A stretch of 64,000 bases of DNA, from positions 14,638 to 78,637 of the forward strand of contig CAYVLY010000001.1 in assembly GCA_964452565.1 (NCBI GenBank). Reading direction: 5' to 3'. The notes beneath the pieces were generated by a model. The model saw only the letters and a program-made list of their open reading frames with translations. It ran no database searches and was not told the DNA's origin. The stretch comes from an uncultured Gammaproteobacteria bacterium. GTDB taxonomy: Bacteria > Patescibacteriota > Patescibacteriia > UBA9934. Shown here in pieces: positions 1 to 10,324 of this stretch (positions within the stretch are counted from its first letter, which is position 1; each line of letters begins with the position of its first letter). The position numbers and the translations under genes were made by a program.

Positions 1-1
1 T

Positions 2-835
2 TCAGATATTGAATATGAATTAGGTTTTTTGAAGTTTTATCACGAGCAAGGATTTCCAGTACCAAAAATTCATTCAACACTTGCTGGTAAATTTTTTGAA
101 ACAATTGAAATCGATGGGGTAGAAAGATTCTGTGCTGTGTTAGATTTTATTAACGGAGATCTTGAACAAGATTACACACCGCAGATGGTCAAAGAAGTAG
201 CGCGAGCAATGGCTGAGAAGCATAAAGTTGCCCACAAATTTATTGAGCCAAATACGCGTCGATATCCTGGAACGATCATGCAGATGACCATGCAACGTAT
301 TGATGATATTACTGAACTTGCAAAAGAACATGGTGTGAAGGATATTACCGATGAGTTGAACTTTTTTTTCGATCTCGCTCAAGAGTTTAAGGAAAAGCAT
401 GCAGCGGCAGATCTCGACAGTCTCCCGGGTGGGATCATCCATGGAGATATCATGTTTCAAAATGTCCGGTTCAAAGATGAGAAACTAGTTGGTATCTTTG
501 ATTATGATAATTGCCGTTGGTCCCACTTTCTTGAGGATATTGTCAAAAGCATCTTCGACGAACAGTTTAGAATCGACGAAGAGATTGTTATGACTGCAGA
601 GCGTAACCAGGATCACATTGGATTATTCCTTCGTGAATATGAGACAGTGCGACTATTTACTGAAAAAGAAAAGGAATACCTACCGCTATTTTTCCAATCC
701 CGATTTATTTATCAAATTGCTAGAAATTTCCAAAAATACATTACCAGGTCAGATGATATTGGGGACACAATTCCTGTTTTAGTAAAAAGATACAATGAAA
801 ACAAAACCTTCTTCACAGAGCCATTTTATCAGTAA
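2..835 (+). CDS. Kinase-like phosphotransferase (APH/ChoK/homoserine-kinase-II fold), 5' partial at window edge
   Basis: Frame is open from position 2 (annotated TTG at 29 is internal). Brenner motif HGDIMFQNVRF and downstream IFDYDNC (D-x-D) are typical of aminoglycoside/choline-kinase-type phosphotransferases. Terminator hairpin follows at ~862-890. Confidence 0.55.
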   Translation, partial: SDIEYELGFLKFYHEQGFPVPKIHSTLAGKFFETIEIDGVERFCAVLDFINGDLEQDYTPQMVKEVARAMAEKHKVAHKFIEPNTRRYPGTIMQMTMQRIDDITELAKEHGVKDITDELNFFFDLAQEFKEKHAAADLDSLPGGIIHGDIMFQNVRFKDEKLVGIFDYDNCRWSHFLEDIVKSIFDEQFRIDEEIVMTAERNQDHIGLFLREYETVRLFTEKEKEYLPLFFQSRFIYQIARNFQKYITRSDDIGDTIPVLVKRYNENKTFFTEPFYQ

Positions 836-1005
836 TTAAATTGTATTAGAGAGCAATCGACATTTGTCGGTTGTTTTTTGATAATTATGACTAAAGCTTT
901 ATCCTCAGGTGCCTGCATCTTTTTTCTGATCCAATGTTAGAATAATTATGTCAATCATTTTTAATAAAAACATGGCACAACGCGTGCCAATAATAAAAAC
1001 CGAGT

Positions 1006-4000
1006 ATGCAATCTAATAGGGGATTTTTTCGTGTTGATCGAAAAGACTGGGTAGCCAAGTTCATGGCTATTATCCTGGTTTTTATAATTACGAGCTCCAC
1101 GATTTTCTTAGCGTTTGACATTGATTTTGCAAATGCTACAGCGCCAACATTCTCAGTCATGGGATGGAAGGACGGACAAACAAAGGTTGTTCTGGAATTT
1201 GACAACCCTGTTGACAATGGGGCAGATTCAGCTCTGGACGCATCAGACTTTGTTGTATCAGGGGCAAATGCAATATCTATTAGCTCTGTTGATCATTATG
1301 CATGGGCAAATAGTATAATCATTACATTGTCAGGAAACCTTAATTCAGGGGGTGGAACAGATTTTACAATAGCTTGTGCTTCAAGTGCTGTTTATAATTC
1401 TGCTGATGAGGCATGTGGAGCAACAACCGTAAATGTTTATACTTCTGTTTCCGAAGATACAACTGGTCCGGTTGTCCAGCAGGTTGGAACAATGGGAACT
1501 GACGGTTTATATGTTGACTTTGATGAAATAGTTGCGCCAGCTACAATGGTTTCTGGAAACTTTACACTTACTACCTCTGCTGGTGGAGATGATTCAACGA
1601 TAACAGGATCCTCTGCATTTGATTTTGGAATAGATATACAAGCAAGTGGAGCAACTATTGCTTCAGGTTCTGGTAATACTATTCAAGTATCAACTAGCGT
1701 TACAGATATTTATGGCAATGCATCATTAGGAGAGACTATTACAATTTTGCCATCATTAGAGATTAGTGAGGTTAGTGTTGATGGAACAGGAAATGCAAAA
1801 AATGAGTTTATTGAGCTTTATAACTACGGCGATGCAGCTATCGATCTTTCAAACTTGAAGCTTCATATTTACACACACTCAGGCACATCTGATGTAAATG
1901 TGACACTCACACAGTTTGAAACATCAATTCCTTCAAATGGTTATTATTTGATTGGATCTAACTATTATTCATCTTCGACAGGGGTTGAAGCTGATGCTAC
2001 GTATTCATCTAGCGAGGCTACTATGGTTGCAGATGGGGCGGTTTATATTAGCTATTCAGCATCAGCAGACACAGATTTGATTGATATGGTTGGATGGGGA
2101 ACTTCTACAAAGAAAGAGGGTACCGCATTATCTAATGTAACAGCTGGTAGTAGTGTAGAGAGAATTTCTGATTTTGGTGCAACAGCTGCAACAATGGCCT
2201 CAGGTGGTATAGATGAATATAAGGGTAATGGATATGATGATTCAGAAAATTCAACAGATTTTGTAGTTCAAGCTACACCGGTTCCGCAAAATGCAAGCTC
2301 TGCAACAGAGTTTGCATATGGAACATCATTTAATGATGAGGGTGGAGATACATCAGCGCCTACTGTTTTGGATTCATACCCAAGTGCCTCTAGCGCATCA
2401 TATATACCTGCAGATCTGGACATGGCCGGAGTTTCATTTAGTGAGTCGATGGATGACACTTCTTTAACAACCTCAACGATCCAGCTATATCTAGATAGCG
2501 CACCAGGAGTTAATCTGTGTCAAACAGTGAGCTATGATTCAGCAAGTGGTTATGTGATGTGTTATATAAACAGTGCATCATTGCCACTAGCCAGCTCCGC
2601 GCATACTTTCAAAGTTACTACAGGAGCTACTGATATAACTGGAAATGCTCTTGGGTCAGAATATTCAGTAGGGTTTACACCTCTTTCAGGTGAATCATTT
2701 GATTCAACAGCAGCGCCTTATATGATTGGCTCATATCCAATGGATGGATCATCAAGTTTTCCACCAAGCTCAGACTACATGACGATTGATTTTTCTGGAT
2801 CTTTGAGTGCTGCGACTGTCACAACAAGCAATATTACTTTGACAAATCAGGATACAAGTGAAGCAGTTGTGCTTACAGGTATTTCAACACAGACGCTAGA
2901 AGATGCAGATGATTCAGTTATGATAGATGTTTCAGGTGTTACCCTTGGAACAGGAACTAATTATAGGTTGGCAGTTACATCTGATGTTACATCTGCCACT
3001 GGAGTCGCACTGGCGGCCTTTAACATTGATTTCCAAACTGACAGCACTAGCGATCTCACTGGACCACAGGTTATGGGAAGTGAGCCAAGCTCTGCAGAAA
3101 CTGGAGTTGCGGTTGGTAATACGGCGATTCTTATATCATTTGACGAGGGTCTTGACACATCTAGTGTAGATACTGATTCAGTTAAGCTTTATCAAAGTTC
3201 AGATGAAATGTCTGTCTCAGTTAATTACTATTCTTCCTATAATGAGATCGAGATTGTATCAGGGACAGTATTTGAGGCTAGTACGATCTATACTGTAAGA
3301 CTTGACGCTTCTGGAGCAGCAAATCAGATTACAAACACCTCAGGCCTGGCACTTCAAGATACAGACGGTGTTAGTGATAATTACTATTCATTTAGCTTTA
3401 CAACTGGATCAGCAGACTCGACAGCGCCAGATGTAATGTATGCGACCGCTACGCAAAGCAATGTTTCTGTTACATTTACAGAGTCAATGCGTGAATCAAA
3501 GATAACTGACCTGGATAACTGGTCATTAGAAAGTCCGGTTGGTACATCAGTCCCATTGTCGGCGTTAGCTGGAGGTTCTGTTAGTTGGGATGCGGATTCA
3601 TTTACTGCAGAAATTACAGGGATTAGTCTTACGGCAGATGATACATTTCAGATTACGGCCACAACTGCACTTCAGGACATGTCAGGAAATGCATTATCAA
3701 CAAGCAAGGTATTTGGTGGAACGGTTTTCGACTCTGCAGTTTATGGAGATTCAATGGGCCCAGATGATGGATTTAGTGGAGAGATCTACGATTTCCCAGC
3801 AGGATATAGTACTGATGATTTTGGATATGTGCCCCAGGCATCTGTATTCCCAATGAATGCGATGGCAGGTACATCATCCAACTATATTGTTGATTTCCCA
3901 ATTTCAGAGCAAATTAGATCAAGCGCAAATAACGGAAAGGTAGTCCTAACATTCCCTTCAGGATTTGATGTAACAAACGTTGCTGGAGTTACAGGTAACT

Positions 4001-7000
4001 ATGTAAACGATGACGTTAATGGTTATGCACCAGGAACAGTGGCTGTGAATAGTGTTACAGCAAACGTATCTGCAAGGACTGTAACTGTTGATTTTTCAAT
4101 AGCTACTACTTGTGGGTCAGGTAATACAGATCCTTGTGTATCAGGAGATGAGTATGATTACATTAGCTTTGATTTGGAGGGAATTGTGAATACAGATCAG
4201 CCAAGAGACTGGGAGACTTCAGGATATACAATTGATGTTAAGACAATGACAAGTACAACGGTTAATGAAACATTAACCTCAATGCCGTTTTATATAACAG
4301 CAGCTGGAGATAGTTCTTTGGTGGTTGATTTGACTGCTGCTGCTCAGACAAGTGGAACAACAGATGTTCACATCTGGTCTCCGACAACTGGTGAGATGGT
4401 TCAGGCTATAAACTTTGCGACTGAAGCAGATGGAACTGCTCAAACAACATTCACAGGATTGCCTGATGATTACTTTGAGGTTTGGACAGAAGACAGCATT
4501 CTTTCACTAGGAGGGGCTACTGATAACTTTCTGGGAGTGTCAGGTGATCAAGTTTATGTAACGGGCGCCACAACCAAGAGCATTACACTTCTTGCAACAA
4601 GTGGACTTACCGATGTTACTGTGAATATCACAGGGGCAACTGAAAAGTCTATAGATATATGGGCTAGTGGACCTAATGGATTCCAAGAAAAAGAAGTTGC
4701 AAGCACTGATGGATCTGATACATTAACCTTCAAGTTATCAGATGGAGATTGGTTCTTTGGTGTTGGTCCTCACATGCCAGACGATGGTGGATATATGATG
4801 CCTGAACCGCCAGACTATGTTATTTCACCTAATGATGTTCAAGTGAATGTAGATGGAGCAACTGTTACTGAAACTAGTGGAACAGCAAATGACGGTACAG
4901 TTGCATTTGCACTTACAGCAGCGGATTATGCTGTAGTAGTGAATGTTGTTGATGATTCAGGAAATGCAATAATGGACGCAATGGTTTATATGGACTCTAC
5001 CCAGGCTGGGTGGGGAACGTTTGGTCAAACTTCTGGAGCTGGATCAGCAACTTTAAATGTAAATGAAGGAACATATCGTGTTGGAGCATTCCTTGATGGT
5101 GTTCCACCGACTCGTGAGGTTCAAGTCAGAATAGATAGCACTGGAACAATATTCCAAGAAGGTACAGAGGTTTCAACTATCACACTAGAGCTTTCAAAGG
5201 GAGCCCAAGCTATCAGTGGAACGGTCACAGACGGAACAAATGCTGTATCAGGAGCATCAGTTCACGCATTTTGTACTGCAAACTGTGTTGGATACTTTGA
5301 TGCAGGAACTATAACTTCATCGAACGGAACTTACTCGCTTTATGTTGGAAATGGAACCTGGAAAGTTGAAGCATACATTCCAGGCTATGGTCCAACAGCA
5401 CAAACTACAGTAACAATAAACAATGCTGATGAAGATGGAATAAACTTAGCGCCAGACAGTACAGCTACGTTTAGAACTATTTCAGGAACAGTGTGCGAAG
5501 TGGCTGGCGGTGGATCTGATTGTACTGCGGCAACTGGGCTTGATGGAATTGAAGTTTATGCATGGAGCCCTAATGGAGGAAGTAACTTTGTACAAACTGG
5601 AGATGATGGAACTTATTCTTTGCGCGTCCCTGCTGCCTCAGGATACACGGTTGAGGCCTGGGACCCACACAGTGGACCACTTCCAATACTGACAAGTGTT
5701 GATACAACCTCTGCAAATCAAAGCAGCCAGGATATTGTTATTGACACACCAGAAACTGTAACGGTTAATCTTAAGGATTCATCAGGTTCTGCTGTGACCA
5801 TGGGTGAGGTATTTGTAGAGTTCTTTGATGATTCTGCAGATATTAGACAGCATTTATTTATTGAAAGTGCCAGCACTGCAGATATTGATTTACCTGAAGG
5901 GACTTATGATGTGTTTGTCTATACACATGGAGTTGAGGTTGATGAAAGCTCAGATGTATTAACAGACGATGCCGGTACAACAACAGTGTCAGCTGGAGTC
6001 TTGACAGTTGATGGAGCTGAAACAATGCAGATTCAGATGCCAGATCTAAGCACTGTATCAGGAACATTGACTGATGGAACAGATCCTATTACCAATGCTT
6101 ATGTTGAGCTTTCTGATTCGACTAATGGTGTATATATTGGAACTGAGACAGATTCATCAGGAGATTATTCAATTTCAGTGCCAGATGGAACATATCAGGT
6201 AAATGCTTTTAACCCAGGTCTAGTTCTAACTCCAGAAACTATAACTGTGGCAGGTGCTAATGTTGTAAATACTGATCTCGCAGGTTCAATATCTGACCAA
6301 ACAATTAGCGGTACTATCACAGATTTGAATGGTTCAGCTGTTCCATATGCCTTTGTTGAAGCTATAAAAGAAGGTGGTGGATTTACTGCAGTTCAAGCTG
6401 ATGCTGATGGAGAATATTCATTGCCAGTAGATGATGGAACATGGGAGCTAGCTGCAATTGGACATGGATACGATGCTGTATCAGTAGCAACAGAGGTATC
6501 TATCAGCGGAAGTTCATCAACATCAAACGACATTCAGTTTACTACGCTTGCAACTGGACTTAATGAGCCTACTATAAAATCAATTACTCCAGCAGATGGT
6601 GGTACAGTACAAGATTCAGATCTAGGGCTTACTGTGAGCATTCCAGGAAATGCAACAAGTAATTCTGAAAGCGCGGGAACTGTTACTGTAAAAGAGACAA
6701 ATAATGTTGTAAATACTGCAACAGTGGATGTGATTGGAAATGGATTTGAAGTATCAATGGTAGATGCTGGAGGAACAGTTCTTTCTTCAGGATTTGATGA
6801 AGAGGTAACAATCACACGAACTATATCAGTTGTAGACCTAGTAGCAGCAAATAGTATTGATACATATGCAGAAGCAGAAGATCTGACAATTTCATACTTC
6901 TCAGGAAATGGAACATGGATTCCAGAAAACACAACAACAACATATCTTGATGCAAGTGGTGATACAGTTGCATCACCTGCGACAGATTTGTCAAATGTTA

Positions 7001-8187
7001 CAGATGTGCAATTTACAATGGCTGTAGATCACTTTACTGTGTTTTCTATCACGGTCCCATCTGATGGGCTTGCACCAGCAGCGCCAACAGGTGTTGCAGT
7101 CTCTGATAATATGCTGGGAGGTGTACTAGTTTCATGGAGCGCTGTAACTACAAACTCAGATTCTTCAGCAATTTCAGATTTGCTTGGATATGAGGTGTAT
7201 CGCGATACTAGCGCTGGTGGTTCGTTTACAACACAGGTAAATACAGCGGATGTTCTCACCACATCGTTTACCGATTCTACTGTCTCGGTTGGAACAACAT
7301 ATTATTATAAGGTTACTGCAGCAGATACAGGTGGTCTTGAGTCTTCAAAGTCAACTGCTTCAAGTGGTATTGCAGCTGCAGCCGCAAGCCCGGCTGCTTC
7401 AAGTGGAGGTAGTAGTAGCTCGTCAAGTTCTGATACTAGCGATGATGAAGATGACGAGGTAGAAGAAGTTATAGAAACTGAAGAGGACGAAGAAGAGAGT
7501 GATTCAGAAGCTTTATCAGACATAGTGTCAGAGCTATATCCATCGATCGAAGATGCAGAAGCAATGTTGCCAGAAAGTACAGATATTGGGGATCTAGTAA
7601 AATCAGAATCATTATCAACGGTATATGTATTAGGTGGTGATGGAAAGCGACATCCATTCCCTAATGAACTCACATTCTTCTCTTGGTACACAACATTTGA
7701 GAGTGTGAAAGTTGTATCAGATTCTGACTTAAGTTCAATATCTCTAGGAGGCCCTGTGCGAGTTCGTCCAGGAACTTGGATGATAATGATTCAAAGTGAT
7801 CCAAAAGTCTATGCAGTGGAGCCTGGTGGCGTTATACGATGGGTTGAGACTGAAGAGGTAGCAACGGCGTTGTGGGGAGATACATGGAATCAAAAGATTA
7901 TAGATGTAGAACCAACATTCTTTAATAAGTACACAATTGGAGAGTCAATCTCAGATTCAACACTACATCCGCTCGGATCAGTTGTGCGATCGTCAGATGA
8001 CTCTGCATATTATCTTGCAGAAGATGGAACGATTAGATTGTTTGAGGATGAAGATGCTGTTCGTGATAATAATATTCAAACAAGGTTTGAATTACATGCA
8101 ACAACAGAAGATCTGGCAAAAACGATTGGGGATGTAATCTCTGGGCTAGAAGATGTGCTATTCATCTATCAAGACATTGGACGATAG
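1006..8187 (+). CDS. Giant (2393 aa) secreted/surface-anchored protein: N-terminal signal anchor, lamin-tail domain (LTD), multiple CarboxypepD_reg-like and Ig-like beta-sandwich repeats, FN3 domain, poly-Ser/acidic linker, conserved C-terminal ~150-aa module
   Basis: Single uninterrupted ORF. N-terminal TM segment (VAKFMAIILVFIITSSTIFLAF). LTD signature NEFIELYNYGDAAIDLSNLKL. Repeated ISGTVTDG...YSL..DGTY modules. FN3 segment GYEVYRD...YYYKVTAADTGGLESS. Linker SSSSSSSDTSDDEDDEVEEV. C-terminal STVYVLGGDG...WGDTWNQKIIDVEPTFF shared with the 37.4-43.8 kb paralogs. Confidence 0.8.
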   Translation: MQSNRGFFRVDRKDWVAKFMAIILVFIITSSTIFLAFDIDFANATAPTFSVMGWKDGQTKVVLEFDNPVDNGADSALDASDFVVSGANAISISSVDHYAWANSIIITLSGNLNSGGGTDFTIACASSAVYNSADEACGATTVNVYTSVSEDTTGPVVQQVGTMGTDGLYVDFDEIVAPATMVSGNFTLTTSAGGDDSTITGSSAFDFGIDIQASGATIASGSGNTIQVSTSVTDIYGNASLGETITILPSLEISEVSVDGTGNAKNEFIELYNYGDAAIDLSNLKLHIYTHSGTSDVNVTLTQFETSIPSNGYYLIGSNYYSSSTGVEADATYSSSEATMVADGAVYISYSASADTDLIDMVGWGTSTKKEGTALSNVTAGSSVERISDFGATAATMASGGIDEYKGNGYDDSENSTDFVVQATPVPQNASSATEFAYGTSFNDEGGDTSAPTVLDSYPSASSASYIPADLDMAGVSFSESMDDTSLTTSTIQLYLDSAPGVNLCQTVSYDSASGYVMCYINSASLPLASSAHTFKVTTGATDITGNALGSEYSVGFTPLSGESFDSTAAPYMIGSYPMDGSSSFPPSSDYMTIDFSGSLSAATVTTSNITLTNQDTSEAVVLTGISTQTLEDADDSVMIDVSGVTLGTGTNYRLAVTSDVTSATGVALAAFNIDFQTDSTSDLTGPQVMGSEPSSAETGVAVGNTAILISFDEGLDTSSVDTDSVKLYQSSDEMSVSVNYYSSYNEIEIVSGTVFEASTIYTVRLDASGAANQITNTSGLALQDTDGVSDNYYSFSFTTGSADSTAPDVMYATATQSNVSVTFTESMRESKITDLDNWSLESPVGTSVPLSALAGGSVSWDADSFTAEITGISLTADDTFQITATTALQDMSGNALSTSKVFGGTVFDSAVYGDSMGPDDGFSGEIYDFPAGYSTDDFGYVPQASVFPMNAMAGTSSNYIVDFPISEQIRSSANNGKVVLTFPSGFDVTNVAGVTGNYVNDDVNGYAPGTVAVNSVTANVSARTVTVDFSIATTCGSGNTDPCVSGDEYDYISFDLEGIVNTDQPRDWETSGYTIDVKTMTSTTVNETLTSMPFYITAAGDSSLVVDLTAAAQTSGTTDVHIWSPTTGEMVQAINFATEADGTAQTTFTGLPDDYFEVWTEDSILSLGGATDNFLGVSGDQVYVTGATTKSITLLATSGLTDVTVNITGATEKSIDIWASGPNGFQEKEVASTDGSDTLTFKLSDGDWFFGVGPHMPDDGGYMMPEPPDYVISPNDVQVNVDGATVTETSGTANDGTVAFALTAADYAVVVNVVDDSGNAIMDAMVYMDSTQAGWGTFGQTSGAGSATLNVNEGTYRVGAFLDGVPPTREVQVRIDSTGTIFQEGTEVSTITLELSKGAQAISGTVTDGTNAVSGASVHAFCTANCVGYFDAGTITSSNGTYSLYVGNGTWKVEAYIPGYGPTAQTTVTINNADEDGINLAPDSTATFRTISGTVCEVAGGGSDCTAATGLDGIEVYAWSPNGGSNFVQTGDDGTYSLRVPAASGYTVEAWDPHSGPLPILTSVDTTSANQSSQDIVIDTPETVTVNLKDSSGSAVTMGEVFVEFFDDSADIRQHLFIESASTADIDLPEGTYDVFVYTHGVEVDESSDVLTDDAGTTTVSAGVLTVDGAETMQIQMPDLSTVSGTLTDGTDPITNAYVELSDSTNGVYIGTETDSSGDYSISVPDGTYQVNAFNPGLVLTPETITVAGANVVNTDLAGSISDQTISGTITDLNGSAVPYAFVEAIKEGGGFTAVQADADGEYSLPVDDGTWELAAIGHGYDAVSVATEVSISGSSSTSNDIQFTTLATGLNEPTIKSITPADGGTVQDSDLGLTVSIPGNATSNSESAGTVTVKETNNVVNTATVDVIGNGFEVSMVDAGGTVLSSGFDEEVTITRTISVVDLVAANSIDTYAEAEDLTISYFSGNGTWIPENTTTTYLDASGDTVASPATDLSNVTDVQFTMAVDHFTVFSITVPSDGLAPAAPTGVAVSDNMLGGVLVSWSAVTTNSDSSAISDLLGYEVYRDTSAGGSFTTQVNTADVLTTSFTDSTVSVGTTYYYKVTAADTGGLESSKSTASSGIAAAAASPAASSGGSSSSSSSDTSDDEDDEVEEVIETEEDEEESDSEALSDIVSELYPSIEDAEAMLPESTDIGDLVKSESLSTVYVLGGDGKRHPFPNELTFFSWYTTFESVKVVSDSDLSSISLGGPVRVRPGTWMIMIQSDPKVYAVEPGGVIRWVETEEVATALWGDTWNQKIIDVEPTFFNKYTIGESISDSTLHPLGSVVRSSDDSAYYLAEDGTIRLFEDEDAVRDNNIQTRFELHATTEDLAKTIGDVISGLEDVLFIYQDIGR

Positions 8188-8198
8188 AATTCAATCAG

Positions 8199-8260
8199 AA
8201 ACAACCGCCCAAAAGGCGGTTGTTTTGCTTTAAGCAGTGAACCCCGCCAAGTGGCGGGGG
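8199..8260. terminator. Back-to-back rho-independent terminators between convergent genes
   Basis: Hairpin aaacaaccgcc-caaaa-ggcggttgttt plus T-run for the + gene (8199-8230). Hairpin ccccgcc-aagt-ggcgggg (8242-8259) lies 20 nt past the stop of the minus-strand gene. Confidence 0.65.
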
Positions 8261-8279
8261 TGTGAGGTAGTAGAGACCT

Positions 8280-8765
8280 CTAGGTGAGGCGTGCATCGAG
8301 GTCAATCAGCCGGGGCGCTCCAGGTCCTTGCCACCAGAGCATTCCTCGAGACTGCTCAGGAGTCAGTACGACCTGTGCGATAGCCCATTCGAAAAAAGGG
8401 TAGTCGTCGAACCGTTCGAACATTCCTCCAATGCACCAGCGGATGAGCATGACGAGCTGAGCATCCTGACGCCTGCGATAGAGCTCAATCCAGGTCATGT
8501 CCTGGCCTGCTGGCATACGGGTGTAGAACGCACGATATCTTCTGGGGTACTGTGCGCGACCATCCCGCCACCAGAGCCAGTCTTCAGGACCGAGGTTGAC
8601 TCGCTCACCGAGGTGAAGAGGAAGAAGGTGCAGGCGGGCGCATCTAAGGTCGGGGGTCTCCTGCCATAGCAGGGGTACCCGGACCCCATCGACCTGGGCC
8701 ACGAGTCGATTCCAAAGCCTGCCCATTTTGTGATCATCAGTTTCTATCTGTGCGGTGATATCCAT
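8280..8765 (-). CDS. Hypothetical Trp-rich protein in a ~60% GC island (probable horizontally acquired ORFan)
   Basis: 161-aa ORF. GGAGG lies 7 nt upstream of its ATG (reverse complement of 8771-8777). Own terminator hairpin downstream. GC is well above the flanking ~40%. No motif recognised. The antisense ORF 8328..8669 is taken as a GC-compositional artefact. Confidence 0.45.
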   Translation of the reverse strand: MDITAQIETDDHKMGRLWNRLVAQVDGVRVPLLWQETPDLRCARLHLLPLHLGERVNLGPEDWLWWRDGRAQYPRRYRAFYTRMPAGQDMTWIELYRRRQDAQLVMLIRWCIGGMFERFDDYPFFEWAIAQVVLTPEQSRGMLWWQGPGAPRLIDLDARLT

Positions 8766-8852
8766 GGTTCCTCCAGGTTTGGGTGCTATATTTAGCTTAG
8801 CAGCGGATCGTAAAGCTGTAAAATCGTTTTAGCTGTGATACCATAAGCCCGT

Positions 8853-9659
8853 ATGAAGCCCAGCCAAAAGAAGGATCTCAATTATATAAAAGATAAGGTC
8901 GACAACATGGTTGTTGATTTGGGTGAGCGGATTGAGGATCTTGTCAGTATCACGCCAGTGGGGTCTTGCGTAGAGGGTGGTGAGTACTCTGAGTTAAATG
9001 ACTATGATCTTGTTTTTGTTTTTAATACACTAAAAAAGAACTATTACGACAGGGTTGTTGATGAATTGAGCAAACTTGCTAAAGAACTTTCAACAGATGA
9101 GATCGGTGTTATTGTCGAGACTCGTGCTGGATCAGTAAAAACAAAAACAGATAGGCCGATCACTTTTCAAATCCATGCAGTTTTTTTAGATCGGGCTGGG
9201 CTTCGATTATATGAAGATGAGTGTCCAATTGTTTTATATGATTGGTATCGATCAGATTCCATATATGGCAAGCGTCTTGATGAGATTTCATCATGCCAGA
9301 GAACTGTTGAAGATGTGATTCGGTCTTTTGGTGGGATAAATCAATGGGAGAATCGATTACGATCTAAGATGCAGGGTGCGTATAAGATTGTTTTTCAAGA
9401 GGACGGTTCGTATACAGTTAAAGATTCCGTGTTTCCAGTTGAAGATTGGCAAATGGAATCTGAGATCAAGAAAGCAGTCACAATGCCCATGAGGCATCTC
9501 TATAAGGTTGTAAAAGAAAAGAATGAGCGCCCGAGTAATGAAGAGCTGCAAGTGTTTGCACAAGAGACCTTTAATATTGATCTTGAGAAGATAACAACAG
9601 TTGATCTTGCATTAGAGGCCTTGGAGACAATAAAGAAAAGGCTAGATAAAGAATTATGA
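8853..9659 (+). CDS. Pol-beta superfamily nucleotidyltransferase (268 aa), NTase core plus C-terminal helical domain
   Basis: Motif VGSCVEGGEYSELNDYDLVFVF is the G[SG]x9-13Dh[DE]h NTase signature. Size and two-domain layout resemble ANT/Lnu-type or minimal CD-NTase-type enzymes. Family not resolvable by eye. Confidence 0.6.
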   Translation: MKPSQKKDLNYIKDKVDNMVVDLGERIEDLVSITPVGSCVEGGEYSELNDYDLVFVFNTLKKNYYDRVVDELSKLAKELSTDEIGVIVETRAGSVKTKTDRPITFQIHAVFLDRAGLRLYEDECPIVLYDWYRSDSIYGKRLDEISSCQRTVEDVIRSFGGINQWENRLRSKMQGAYKIVFQEDGSYTVKDSVFPVEDWQMESEIKKAVTMPMRHLYKVVKEKNERPSNEELQVFAQETFNIDLEKITTVDLALEALETIKKRLDKEL

Positions 9660-9696
9660 AAGAAGAATCAAATTAAGTAATTTTAACCTATAAATT

Positions 9697-10071
9697 ATGT
9701 CAGGATTTTACGTTGATCTTGAGCAAAAGACGCTTGAGAATGAGAATTACCGCGAGGTTTTGTTTACTGGACCTAAAAGTCAGTTGGTTGTAATGAGTAT
9801 TGAGCCAGGTGATGAGATTGGAATGGAAGTTCATGAGGATCATGATCAGTTTATACGTATCGAGGCGGGTGAGGGAAAAGCAAGTATCGACGGCGAGGAA
9901 TTTGATTTTAAAGACGGCGGTGCGATAGTCGTACCGGCAGGCGCAGAGCATAACGTCTGGAACGTATCGGGCGAATCGAAACTAAAGCTTTATACAGTCT
10001 ATACACCGCCAGAGCATGCTGATGGAACGATACACGCGACAAAAGCAGATGATACAGGGCATGGTCATTAG
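9697..10071 (+). CDS. Cupin-domain protein (cupin_2)
   Basis: Cupin motif 1 G-x5-HxH-x3-E-x6-G (GMEVHEDHDQFIRIEAGEG) and motif 2 PAGAEHNVWN. Terminator hairpin at 10078-10110. Confidence 0.7.
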   Translation: MSGFYVDLEQKTLENENYREVLFTGPKSQLVVMSIEPGDEIGMEVHEDHDQFIRIEAGEGKASIDGEEFDFKDGGAIVVPAGAEHNVWNVSGESKLKLYTVYTPPEHADGTIHATKADDTGHGH

Positions 10072-10077
10072 TTCAAT

Positions 10078-10110
10078 AAAAATCGCGGTTCGATCGAATC
10101 GCGATTTTTT
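10078..10110 (+). terminator. Rho-independent terminator
   Basis: aaatcgcg-gttcgatcgaa-tcgcgatttttt. Confidence 0.7.
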
Positions 10111-10324
10111 GGTTGAACCAACCCAGCTGAACCAAGTTTTCTTGACTTTTTGGTAGTTCCCCCCTATTTTTAAAGGGCTGTTGGGGGTGTCTGACCCCCT
10201 ACGGAAGACAGCGCGTTGTTGGATGCTGGGGCATTTTCGACAGTTCGGTCGATTTTGTTCTGTCTGCCAAGGCGCGTATTCCAACTTGTTGCCTGCACGG
10301 CAGGGGCAAGGAGAGGAGTCGGAA

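Noticed and set aside
1115-7691. Numerous short ORFs on both strands inside the 7.2 kb giant gene (e.g. 2268-2459, 3590-3856, 6534-6932, 7305-7691)
   Set aside because: All are nested in a single long ORF with consistent domain architecture. They are frame artefacts.
8328-8669. Plus-strand ORF (113 aa) overlapping the GC-rich minus-strand gene; similar long antisense ORFs at 48151-48660, 48176-48925, 30784-31158, 31493-32020 and 10705-11227
   Set aside because: These ORFs are Arg/Ser/Ala/Leu-rich, typical of stop-codon-poor antisense frames in high-GC DNA. The opposite strands carry the recognisable features: SD, terminator, pentapeptide repeats, TM helices.
10078-10110. tRNA-like T-arm sequence gcggttcgatcgaatcgc
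   Set aside because: It is a simple terminator hairpin (aaatcgcg/cgcgattt stem with a T-run). There is no acceptor or anticodon arm, and no cloverleaf is possible in the flanks. No tRNA or rRNA genes were found anywhere in the window.
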